Assembly: GCF_032444005.1 (NCBI RefSeq)
Contig: NC_091291.1
Coordinates: 120,900,001-120,964,000 of the forward strand
Source of the DNA: Ranitomeya imitator
Lineage: Eukaryota
DNA length: 64,000 bases
Reading direction: 5' to 3'
Shown here: positions 33,477 through 45,400 of the stretch, piece by piece
Layout of the letters: every line of letters starts with the position of its first letter
How positions within the stretch are numbered: position 1 is the first letter of the stretch
Position numbers and translations under genes: made by a program
The notes under the pieces: generated by a model
What the model saw: the letters and a program-made list of their open reading frames with translations, nothing else
The model's database searches: none
What the model was told of the DNA's origin: nothing

Positions 33477-36400
33477 ATGGAGCAAATTGTTGTCCAGGAT
33501 CTTGAGTTTTTGTATGAAGAAATCAGTTCTACTGTGAGGATCGAAAGTGCACCCGATGTGGTACAGTATGCCGTTTTCATGTCCGGTCTTACCCTTTCCC
33601 ATGGTGCACATTTATAACTCCGTGTCCTCCACATAGGAGCTCCGCTTGTGTCATAATGTACAGCCGGCACTGGAAATTACCCCAAGGGGGTAGAAATAGT
33701 GACATTTACGTGGTCACTGTTGTTTTAGAAAACTTTCCACAAATGACTATGCTCAATAAAATAGAAGACACTTTCTCCTTCGCCTCATTGGGGGACACAG
33801 ACCATGGGTGTATGCTGCTGCCACCAGGAGGCTGACACTAAGTAATACAAAGAAAAAGTTAGCTCCTCCCCTGCAGTATACACCCTCCTGCTGGCTCCCA
33901 GCTCCTCCCCTGCAGTATACACCCTCCTGCTGGCTCCCAGCTCCTCCCCTGCAGTATACACCCCCCTGCTGGCTCTCAGCTCCTCCCCTGCAGTATACAC
34001 CCTCCTGCTGGCTCCCAGCTCCTCCCCTGCAGTATACACCCTCCTGCTGGCTCCCAGCTCCTCCCCTGCAGTATACACCTCCTGCTGGCTCTCAGCTCCT
34101 CCCCTGCAGTATACACCTCCTGCTGGCTCTCAGCTCCTCCCCTGCAGTATACACCTCCTGCTGGCTCTCAGCTCCTCCCCTGCAGTATACACCCTCCTGC
34201 TGGCTCTCAGCTCCTCCCCTGCAGTATACACCTCCTGCTGGCTCTCAGCTGCTCCCCTGCAGTATACACCTCCTGCTGGCTCTCAGCTCCTCCCCTGCAG
34301 TATACAGCCTCCTGCTGGCTCTCAGCTCCTCCCCTGCAGTATATACCCTCCTGCTGGCTCTCAGCTCCTCCCCTGCAGTATACACCCTCCTGCTGGCTCT
34401 CGGCTCCTCCCCTGCAGTATACACCTCCTGCTGGCTCTCAGCTCCTCCCCTGCAGTATACACCCTCCTGCTGGCTCTCAGCTCCTCCCCTGCAGTATACA
34501 CCCTCCTGCTGGCTCTCAGCTCCTCCCCTGCAGTATACACCCTCCTGCTGGCTCTCAGCTCCTCCCCTGCAGTATACACCCTCCTGCTGGCTCTCAGCTC
34601 CTCCCCTGCAGTATACACCCTCCTGCTGGCTCTCAGCTCCTCCCCTGCAGTATACACCTCCTGCTGGCTCTCAGCTCCTCCCCTGCAGTATACACCCTCC
34701 TGCTGGCTCTCAGCTCCTCCCCTGCAGTATACACCCTCCTGCTGGCTCTCAGCTCCTCCCCTGCAGTATACACCTCCTGCTGGCTCTCAGCTCCTCCCCT
34801 GCAGTATACACCCTCCTGCTGGCTCTCAGCTCCTCCCCTGCAGTATACACCCTCCTGCTGGCTCTCAGCTCCTCCCCTGCAGTATACACCCTCCTGCTGG
34901 CTCTCAGCTCCTCCCCTGCAGTATACACCTCCTGCTGGCTCTCAGCTCCTCCCCTGCAGTATACACCCTCCTGCTGGCTCTCAGCTCCTCCCCTGCAGTA
35001 TACACCCTCCTGCTGGCTCTCAGCTCCTCCCCTGCAGTATATACCCTCCTGCTGGCTCTCAGCTCCTCCCCTGCAGTATACACCCTCCTGCTGGCTCTCG
35101 GCTCCTCCCCTGCAGTATACACCTCCTGCTGGCTCTCAGCTCCTCCCCTGCAGTATACACCCTCCTGCTGGCTCTCAGCTCCTCCCCTGCAGTATACACC
35201 CTCCTGCTGGCTCTCAGCTCCTCCCCTGCAGTATACACCCTCCTGCTGGCTCTCAGCTCCTCCCCTGCAGTATACACCCTCCTGCTGGCTCTCAGCTCCT
35301 CCCCTGCAGTATACACCCTCCTGCTGGCTCTCAGCTCCTCCCCTGCAGTATACACCTCCTGCTGGCTCTCAGCTCCTCCCCTGCAGTATACACCCTCCTG
35401 CTGGCTCTCAGCTCCTCCCCTGCAGTATACACCCTCCTGCTGGCTCTCAGCTCCTCCCCTGCAGTATACACCTCCTGCTGGCTCTTAGCTCCTCCCCTGC
35501 AGTATACACCTCCTGCTGGCTCTCAGCTCCTCCCCTGCAGTATACACCTCCTGCTGGCTCTCAGCTCCTCCCCTGCAGTATACACCTCCTGCTGGCTCTC
35601 AGCTCCTCCCCTGCAGTATACACCTCCTGCTGGCTCTCAGCTCCTCCCCTGCAGTATACACCTCCTGCTGGCCCCCAGCTAACCAGTTCTTGCTTAGTGT
35701 CCGTAGGAGGCACACGGACGGGTCTGCTATTCAGACCCAAAGAACTCTTTTTTACCGTTTTTTACTTTTTACTACGGTCGAATGGGGCGACGGATTCTTT
35801 CATGTTCCGATCTCCTCGAACCATCAACAGGCGAACACGGGAGTTTCACCTCTCCGTATCCTCTCCTGCGACGTGGGAAGCCACTGCCTGAGCTGATTTT
35901 AGGGGCGACGGGCCCCTTCATGGGCACCGATCTCCCCCTCCCTTATCAGACGAGCACTGGAGTTTCACCTTCAGTATCCTCTTCTGCAGCCAGGCCTATT
36001 GCCGGACATTCAGCCCTGTCCACCAGGTTTTACCCTCGGCTGTACAGAGGCACCTTCCAGCGTGGCGTCCGAGCAGCCCCCACTGCATCACCACTGAAAA
36101 AGCGGATGATGGAAGGAGGCAGACGGTTCCTCTCCACCCCTCTTCTGCAGGGATGGTGGATGGAGGCTCCCCAACCCTGCACCGTCCTATCTACCCGGGC
36201 ACAGCTCCTACCTGCAGCATCTGCCACCCCCTCCATATTGGGGTAAGTGCTCCGTGAGATTTGGGTTTTCCGGCGGTCAGAGGAGGGCTCCATAGCGACT
36301 GGGTCCCCACAGAGCTTCGCGGCACTTTTCCCCTCAGTCTGCGGGTGCGCGCCGGCCGAAGCCATAAATTTAGTCCCCGGCTTCGGCCCTGTTTAGGCTG

Positions 36401-39400
36401 CATCCCGGGAAGCCCCGCCCACCGCTTGCTCCCTTCTAGCGGCTCCGCCCCCCTATTCAGGCGCTTCTCGTTCCAGACGAGATCTCGGCGGCCATCTTCT
36501 TCCTCCTCCATTGCGGTCACTATTTCTTCTGGAGGGGGCTGCGGCCGGCGGTTTTTCAGCGCTGAAGTCAGCGCTATTCCAGACGGGGGACTCAGAACCT
36601 GAGTAAGATGAATCGCCCCAATATCCCCCCCTCCCCCCGGCACGCATCCCGGCAGCATTAAGGGACTAGCTTTCCCTGTTTTTTATATACTTAAGGCTGC
36701 AATCTCTGGTGCTCCTGCAACTACAGAATGTATAGTACAGTGTGCAGGCTTGCAAACAGAGAGCTGTGAGTTCCCAGCAATGAAGCTCTGGTGACTCGTT
36801 CCCTGGTGACTCGTTCCCTGGTGACTCGTTCCCTGGTGACTCGTTCCCTGGTGACTGGTTCCCTGGTGACTGGTTCCCTGGTGACTCGTTCCCTGGTGAC
36901 TGGTTCCCTGGTGACTGGTTCCCTGGTGACTGGTTCCCTGGTGACTCGTTCCCTGGTGACTCGTTCCCTGGTGACTCGTTCCCTGGTGACTGGTTCCCTG
37001 GTGACTGGTTCCCTGGTGACTGGTTCCCTGGTGACTGGTTCCCTGGTGACTGGTTCCCTGGTGACTGGTTCCCTGGTGACTCGTTCCCTGGTGACTCGTT
37101 CCCTGGTGACTGGTTCCCTGGTGACTGGTTCCCTGGTGACTCGTTCCCTGGTGACTCGTTCCCTGGTGACTCGTTCCCTGGTGACTCGTTCCCTGGTGAC
37201 TGGTTCCCTGGTGACTCATTCCCTGGTATTTAATACTCTGCCCGGTAGTCGCTGGGCCCATAGGTGCATCCCCAGCTCTCCATGCCTTTTTATTAAACCC
37301 AGGACCAGCATTCCCTGGTCTTAAGGGTCCCCTAGTTTTAAAAGGGTCACATCCCCAGCATTCTCTGCTCTGCCAGAAGCCGGTCTCCTTTTCCTTAGTA
37401 CTAAATCAGGCCAGTATGCCCTGGTCTTAAAGGCACAGGGCCAGTAGGCACTGGTCTTAAAGGCACATGGCAAGTATGCCCTCGTCTTAAAGGCACATGA
37501 CCAGCATCCCTGGTCTTAAAGGAGCATGACCAGCATTCTTGTTCTTAAAGGCACATTACCAGCTTTGCTGGTCTTTAAGGCACTTGTTCCAACATTCCTT
37601 TCATGACCAGTATTCCTGGTCTTAAAGGCACGTGACCAGCATGCCCTGGTCTTATAGACTCGTGACCAGTATCCCCTGGTCTTAAAGACACGTGTCCAGT
37701 ATACCCTGGTCTTAAAGGCACATGACCAGTATGCCCTTGTCTTAAAGGCACGTGACCAGTATTTCCTGGTCTTAAAGGCACATGACCAGTATGCCCTGGT
37801 CTTAAAGGCACGTGACCAGTATCCCCTGGTCTTAAACGCTATAACCAGTAGGCCCTGGTCTTAAAGGCACATGACCATTATGCCCTGGACTTAAAGGCTC
37901 AGGACCAGTACGCCCTGGTCTTAAACGCAAATGACCAGCATACCCTGGTTTTAAGGGCACATGACCATTATCTCCTGGATTTCAGCATGCCCTGCTTTTA
38001 AAGGCACATGAACAGTATGTCATCTTACAAAAGGCACAAGACCAGTATTCCCTGGTCTTAAAGGCTCAGGGCCAGTAACCCCTAGCCTTAACGGCGCATG
38101 ACCAGTATTTAGTGGTCTTAAGGGCACATCATCTATCCTAAGCTGGTCACCCTAACTGAGCTCTGGAGCACTCACATGCTCCCTCTCCTACAATGGGAGC
38201 CTTCGGCTAGCAGGGGCCCAAGTATTCTAGAAAAACGTACAGGTTCTAGAAAATCTCCATCAAGATTTGACGGTGATGCACTGGAAGACCTCTAAGTAGG
38301 ATACCATACCTGGTCGGAATTTTATGGGCGACGGGTCCCTTAAAGGGCTCCGATTTCCCCCCACACCTTCAAGAGACGAGCACACGGAGTGTCGCCTCCA
38401 TGTATCTTCTTCTGCATCCAGGTCTATCGCCACAACCTGCCCTGTCCACTCGGAAACCTCAATTCTGGGGATGTGGCGTCCACATTTGTGGCGTCCCAAC
38501 AAGGAGGTTTCCCCCCCTTTGTATCAGATGCAAGAAAGTGGACGATTCCTCTCCACTTCCCTGTTAAGAAGATGGTGGATCGAGGTTTTTCCTTATTTTC
38601 TTCTCTGCACGACGATGGCAGAGACCTGCTGGTTACAGTCCCGCATTCTGTCACTTGGCAGACTCGCCGGGCAGAATTTCTTGCGGTATTCCTACCAGTA
38701 TCCTGGCCGGTGTATCATCAATTAAGATTCCACAGACAGTCGGATAGCAAATCTAGTTCGTTCCGTCTTGTGGTTTCGGGTTCAGCGCTCTACCCTTCCT
38801 TAGCCGCATGGGTTGCTTGACCAAAGGGAGAGAATGAAAGTCTCCGGGTCCCAGACCTTATCTACTTCGTTCCACAGTATAGCTGGCCAATCAGATCTTC
38901 TGAGCGGGAGACTAGCAAGGGATCGTATCTCTTCTTCAGGCTCAACCAGCAGTGGAAGCATTGGCCAGGACAGTCTAGATCTAAGGGATCTTGGTTCCAA
39001 AATGGAGGGAATGAAAAGTATCTCCATTCCTGGACCCCAAACTTCTAACAACCTTTAACAGGGCCCTTTCATTTTTCGGATGGAGTTCCTCCGCTCAGCC
39101 ACTACTTCAACAGAGAAACGTGGTTGTTTTCTGGCATCCATCGTCATTCGGGATTCTTACCCTCACATACCTATTTCTCCTCTCTACTATAATCTCTTCG
39201 CCTTTCCATTCGCGAACAGTATTTTCACGACCTGGCCCTTCTGCCTGGCTACGACACCAGAGTGGTCGCAAGGGTCATGACGGTTGTCATGTTCTTCTTG
39301 CACCTTAGAAGCATGGTCGTCCTTCCTCTATTTGGTCGACTTTGTAGCCGCTCTCCTAGGACTACGCTGAGTCGTCCATATCACTTGCAATTACCTCTCT

Positions 39401-42400
39401 ATTGGGCTAGCAGCTAAACTTAGACAAGTTTTTTTCCTCATTCTCAGCCCAGCAGATCCTCTTTGAGGATGATCCTGCCCAAGAAGGATGGTTATTCTCT
39501 CTCGGGTCTAGGTCGTGGCCCTTCTACAGGGAGCTTGCGCACTCGATCTCTCATTCCCTCGGTTCTTTCAATTCACTAGGAGGGTTCTGAGGGAAAGGAC
39601 GTCTACGGAAGCAGTTTCCTTCGCTGTGCTCGTTTTCTGCAAGTCAATCAGGCTCTCAAAGGGTAGTCTCTGAGCTCCTTTCTCTTCCAGAGCCTTCTCC
39701 TGGCCCAAGGGCTATTGGGAGATACCATTGCCAGTTTTCTTCTCCCGATCATCTCTCTGTAGAACCGAACGGTACGGCTATTCCTTCAGCAGGCCCTCTG
39801 CCTTCTGGCGGGTCTTCAGTTGGATAATGCCTCGGCTGTGCCCCAAGTTAGCCATCTAGCAAGTACCCTCAGTCAAGCGCCATGGCTAAGGTACCTCGCA
39901 CTCTCTGATGGGCCGAGTTCTATCTTCGGTGATCTCAACAGTACATTCCCTGGAGTAGTACACTGGGCGGCAGACATATTCAGCCGTCCGGGGTTTTTCC
40001 TCAAGTGAGTGGGAACTTCACTCGGAAATCTTCCATCGGACCTGCCTTCACTGGAGTACTCCAGAGGTAGTTCGGATGGCGTCCAAGCTGAACGCCAATG
40101 TACTCCAGTTCATGGTTTGGCCTCGCGATCCAGGACCATTGCAGTGCATGATCTATTCTTCCATGGTACCAATTTCCATAACCCCTCTTCCACTACGTCT
40201 GAAACCTTTTCGGAAGCGGGTAGGGCCCCAGTGATCCCGGGAGACCCGCACTGACCATGTCAGGTTTTTTTCTCGCTTGCGGTACTAGTATTTTTCCGGC
40301 TTATTGTCTCAAGCTGGAAATATGGTCTTTCTTGCAGGCCTCAACCTGTAGTTCTTCCCTACCACGTACCGTTAAATCCGTGGGACCTTAATGGTCTTGG
40401 GCATCTTACAGTGGACTCCTTTTCTGATCCGGATAGACTTTTCTATCAGGGAGGGTCTCTCCCCTTCTTTCTCTGCGTTCTTGTCCTCCTGATGAGTCTT
40501 CAGATCTCGACGCTCTGTTCTTTATCTTTTTTCCTTATTACCTTCAAGGCAAGGTTGCCCTCTAGCCATCCTATTCCCTCGTTGCCAAGGGGTATTATAT
40601 CTCCACTGTTGCAGGGGCATCGTCCTCTCATCTCCTTCGGCTCTAGTCCACAAAGCGGAATGGGTTCTCCATAATCTGGAAGAAGCGAGTGCTCCGAGTG
40701 GGTACGTATCGAGGACGATGTCCTTCCAAAGGTTGGACATTTTACTCGGGTTTTTCGATGGTAAGTAGGCTTCCTGACGGTCGCAGGAAGGGTTTAGCCG
40801 TTTTTCTTCGGCGAGGTTAGCCTGGTGGATTCTTTTCTCCATCCAGGAGTGCTTTCGCGCTAGATGCCAGCCTATCTCCCTGTCTGAGGGCTCTAGGCGC
40901 CAGACGTCGGCAAGCACGACCGCAGGCTTGCGAATTTCTCCAGGCCGCATGCATTCTTGAAGCACTATATTTCACTCACTTCCACAGATGTGAGTCTGGG
41001 CAGGTGGACTTTGCAGGCCGCGGTGGCGCACTTGTAAGTAGCGGCTACACGGCCTGAAGTGATGTTGTCCCCACCCAGGGACTGCTTTGGGACGTCCTAT
41101 GGTCTGTGTCCCCCAATGAGGCGAAGGAGAAATAGGGATTTTTGTGTACTCACCGTAAAATCCTTTTCTCCGAGCCATTCATTGGGGGACACAGCTCCCA
41201 CCCTATTATTAGCTTATGCTTTGTTTTTATCTTTTGATATGTTATACTCTTATATATAATGTGACATGCTTTACGCTTATATGTCGTTATTGATCTCCTA
41301 CTGCTTTTGCACCGAACTGGTTAGCTGGGAGCCAGCAGGAGGGTGTATACTGCAGGGGAGGAGCTAACTTTTTCTTTGTATTACTTAGTGTCAGCCTCCT
41401 GGTGGCAGCAGCATACACCCATGGTCTGTGTCCCCCAATGAATGGCTCGGAGAAAAGGATTTTACGGTGAGTACACAAAAATCCCTATTTGTAATGCATC
41501 TTATCAGAGAGATATGCTTTGTTCTCCACTTATGAGCCACTTCTATCCTTCTGCCTACTGAACTCATCCATTCACAACTGGGGAATTCCTTCTTGGTTAA
41601 AGCAAAACAGACCCTCCCCATTCACTGAGAGATCAGATTACAGCTGCCTATTGATGTCTATGAAGGAAGGAGGAGTACTCTGCACAATCAGAGGCCAGGT
41701 AGAGAGGCAGGCTGATCCTGCTGCAACTTATAAGAAATGGTGCTGAATTCACAGCCACACAGCTCAGTAATGCTTCAGTTGCAATCACAATGATTTAACC
41801 CCCATTTACAAACATTCTGCTGTTTGCCATAAACCAATGAAATGGATATATTGTCTTGAACTATTTACATTGTAACAAGGTTTCTTCTAATTTATAACAA
41901 AATGCCACTTTTACTGACTACTGAATTCCCAGAATTATTCACATCCTTCATGACATGCATCTTCACTACTTAGAGCCTCTCTGGCTGTTATAACCTGCTG
42001 CAAACATGATCCATAGTCAGACAACCGCTTCTGGCAGTGTTCCTTAGAAATATTAGCCCATTCCTCATGGACAATGGCCTTCAGCTCACTAATATTCTTA
42101 GGTTTGTGTGATGCAACTGCAAATCCTATCAAGTATTTTTTTTATGAGAGTCAATTCGGGTGAGTGACAGACGTTGAAAAATCTACCAGGACGTTTTCTG
42201 AAACCAAATATTGTGGTATGCTTGGGATCGTTGTCCAGTTGGAAGGTCCAATGACACTCAAACTTTAGCCTCCTCAAGGGAGGTATGAAGATTCCTCCTA
42301 AGGTTTCTTGATATCTGATTAAATCGATCTTTACTGCTTCATTGTTGGCATCACCAAGCCAATGCTATGTGTCATTGTAGGCATCATTGCGCCAGCATGC

Positions 42401-45400
42401 TTATCTGTAGGCATCACTGGTCACCACAACGCTTCACTGTAGGTGTTAATGAGCCACCACCATGCTTCACTGTAGGCAGGATATTCTTTTCAATGTATGC
42501 TTCATCCTTCCTCCTCCAGACATACCGCTTATCCGTAGGCCCAAGAAGTTCCAGTTTTGTTTCTGTTCTCTATAAAGGCACGGATGATTGACCTCGTGGA
42601 GACCAAAACATCTAACACCGCGGAGACACCATCACGTGTTTCTCAACGCAGTGATCCAGAACACTGCCCCCAAATATGCAAATGCAAGTAGACGAGCTGC
42701 GGAGACACCATCACATGTTTCTCAACGCAGGCAGTGAATAGCCAGGCCTTTCCCCGGGAAGGAACAACCAAGGGAAGGGCAGCATCCAATAAAGGAAAAA
42801 ATCCAATAAAGGAAAACCACCTATGCCAAGCATGGTATCCATCCACAGACAGCTGTTTCGGGGTTTTTGCCCCTCATCAGTGTGGAGTAGGAAACTGGCT
42901 ATCAGGAGCAGTGCCTAGTAGAAAGTCTATAAAGGCACTGATGATTGACCTCGTGGAGACCAAAACATCCAACACCGCGGAGACACCATCACGTGTTTCT
43001 CAACGCAGTGATCCAGAACACTGCCCCCAAATATGCAAATGCAAGTAGAGGAGCTGCGGAGACACCATCACATGTTTCTCAACTCAGGCAGTGAATAGCC
43101 AGGCCTTTCCCCGGGAAGGAACAACCAAGGGAAGGACAGCATCCAATAAAGGAAAACATCCAATAAAGGAAAACCACCTATGCCAAGCATGGTATCCATC
43201 CACAGACAGCTGTTTCGGGGTTTTTGCCCCTCATCAGTGTGGAGTAGGAAACTGGCTATCAGGAGCAGTGCCTAGTAGAAAGGCTATAAAGGCACGGATG
43301 ATTGACCTTGGCCTGGCTATTCACTTATAGACTTTCTACTAGGCACTGCTCCTGATAGCCAGTTTCCTACTCCACACTGATGAGGGACAAAAACCCCGAA
43401 ACAGCTGTCTGTGGATGGATACCATGCTTGGCATAGGTGGTTTTCCTTTATTGGATGTTTTCCTTTATTGGATGCTGCCCTTCCCTTGGTTGTTCCTTCC
43501 CGGGGAAAGGCCTGGCTATTCACTGCCTGCGTTGAGAAACATGTGATGGTGTCTCCGCAGCTCCTCTACTTGTTTCTGTTCTCTACAGAACAGAATCTCA
43601 GAACCTCTTTACATTATTTATATGGGTTTGAGCATATTGGAGACGTCTTTTCTTATTCTTTTGGGTCAGTAGAGGCGAAGTCTTGGAGTTCGGTCGTGGA
43701 GACATTCAGTCTGCGTCTGCGGCCACTACATCTTTCTGCAAGTTTTTTTTTTTTTTGCAGACATTCAAGGATTGTAATGAGCGGTTGACACCATGAAACG
43801 CCCAATGGTATTGGAGCAGTTGACACCATTTGGTCCCACTATTGCTCATTGTTTCCTTCCTTCACAGGCCAGAGCGTGTACTCCGATCCATGTTTTCTCA
43901 TCGTGTGCACTGTACGCCCCTATACGTTTTGTTTCCAGTACATTATGTTTTGTTTTACATTTTTGCACCAAAAAGTATCTGTGTATGCAATGTTTATATC
44001 ATAAGTCTTTTTATCTATATTACTTTGCATATTTCCCCTCTTTTTATCTATATTACTTTGCATATTTCCCCTTTAGGTGTTGATGCCCTCACCCGAAATC
44101 TGCCAGTTGAAAACTTTGGATTCCTTGGAGGCTGCCATGCAGGCCATTAATGAGTTTGAGGAAAGCACCATCTCAAATTATACTGTTGTAGAGAAAAAAA
44201 AAGATTTTGGAAATGAAGGTAATCTTAACTGTTGGTTTTCATGAACATTAATTCTAAAGGGTTATTTTAGCCTTTTAGACTGATTTTAGGTCCCACCGAT
44301 CACCAGAACTGGGGACTAGTGTGCTCCATTCTCTATTGGCCTCCATACTGCATAGATTGGCCGGTCGCACATGCATGGAAGAAGCTTTTTACTCCTCTAT
44401 AGTACTGAAAATAACCTGATATAGCCCAGCACTGCACAGCACTCTGCTATATTTGTGAGTGCCATTGAATTAAATATTGCCTCAGGTCGCATATGCGACC
44501 TGACACTCATTGCATCTCCTCCTTGTCACGTTCTTGCTTGCCCCCGCTCAAGTAGTCATCTGGGGTCCAATACCAATCTCAGAGGATAGGGTATAACTTA
44601 TTTAGGTTATAATTCCCATTGCTGTTTTTGTGAAACCTGTGATGTCCATGATGATTTTATATAATGACTTTTTCATAGAGAAAATGATCCTTTGTTTTGG
44701 GAAGTCGGGAGAGATGGTTATTGGCCGGACCACCATTCTGACAACACCTATCTAATGTGTATGGCCGGCTTGTGTCTATATGATCCCTCCACCTACAGAG
44801 ATCAATAGATTGCCAGTCGTTCTTTATTCCATGAGCTCTCTTATTTAAAGGGGTTTCCAGTTTCAGGGGAAAAAAAGTCCCCGGTTGCAGTTTAAAAAAA
44901 AAAAAAAAAACCTCCTCGGGTCCACTGCTGAGTCTCCACCACTTATCCTGGTGTCTCTTACTGTCTGCAGCGCTGACGTTACAGCAACAGCGCTGCAAAC
45001 AATCACTGTGGTCAGCAGCTCTGCCAAATTGAAAGCATGAGCCGCTTAGCTTACTGATTGGCTGCAGCGCTGTCCAAGTGACATTAATGCTACAGACAAC
45101 GGAAAAAAGCAGCGGAGACTCAGCGCTGGACCCAGAGACGGTGAATAAAGCAAAGTAGTAAATGATTTTGTGGTAATTTTTTTTTTTTCTACTTTGATAT
45201 TTTTAAAGCATTCAAGCCGACGTCGAAGCTTACCTTGCACTGGGAAGGACCGTTCATTAATAACGTTTCGCTGAATGAGTACTCAGGAGTTCCCTTCATG
45301 ATTGTTGGAAGAAAGGTTTTAGGTTGCCATCTTGGTAGGGACAAGGCACTAGCCCAGAAAAGGAAATATGCCGAGTCTATAAGTCAGAGAGAGGTAAAAC

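Larger units (their letters stand above)
33772..41490 (+). mobile_element. Decayed DIRS copy A with intact termini
   Basis: Left end TTTCTCCTTCGCCTCATTGGGG, ICR 41096-41194, right ITR ~41296-41440, right end aatccctaTTT. RT, RNase H and YR relics at ~38700-41040 carry many stops and frameshifts. Confidence 0.92.
42573..43569 (-). mobile_element. Penelope-pLTR/retrozyme-like insertion: 357-bp tandem units plus an inverted copy, 16-bp TSD
   Basis: TSD ttgtttctgttctcta at 42557-42572 and 43570-43585. Direct units at ~42573-43308 and an inverted segment at ~43309-43569. Three hammerhead motifs. Confidence 0.88.
41870..43914 (-). pseudogene. Decayed Tc1-like transposon, interrupted by the hammerhead repeat insertion
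   Basis: Minus-strand relics ...YVWRRKDEAYIEKNILPTVKHGGGS and ELKAIVHEEWANISKEHCQK. Terminus cactg-TA at 43908-43914. Left boundary approximate. Confidence 0.8.

Noticed and set aside
33808-35682. 624-aa ORF
   Set aside because: Same stop-free satellite artefact.
36683-37324. GTSHQ and LVTRS repeat ORFs
   Set aside because: Products of the 15-bp minisatellite.
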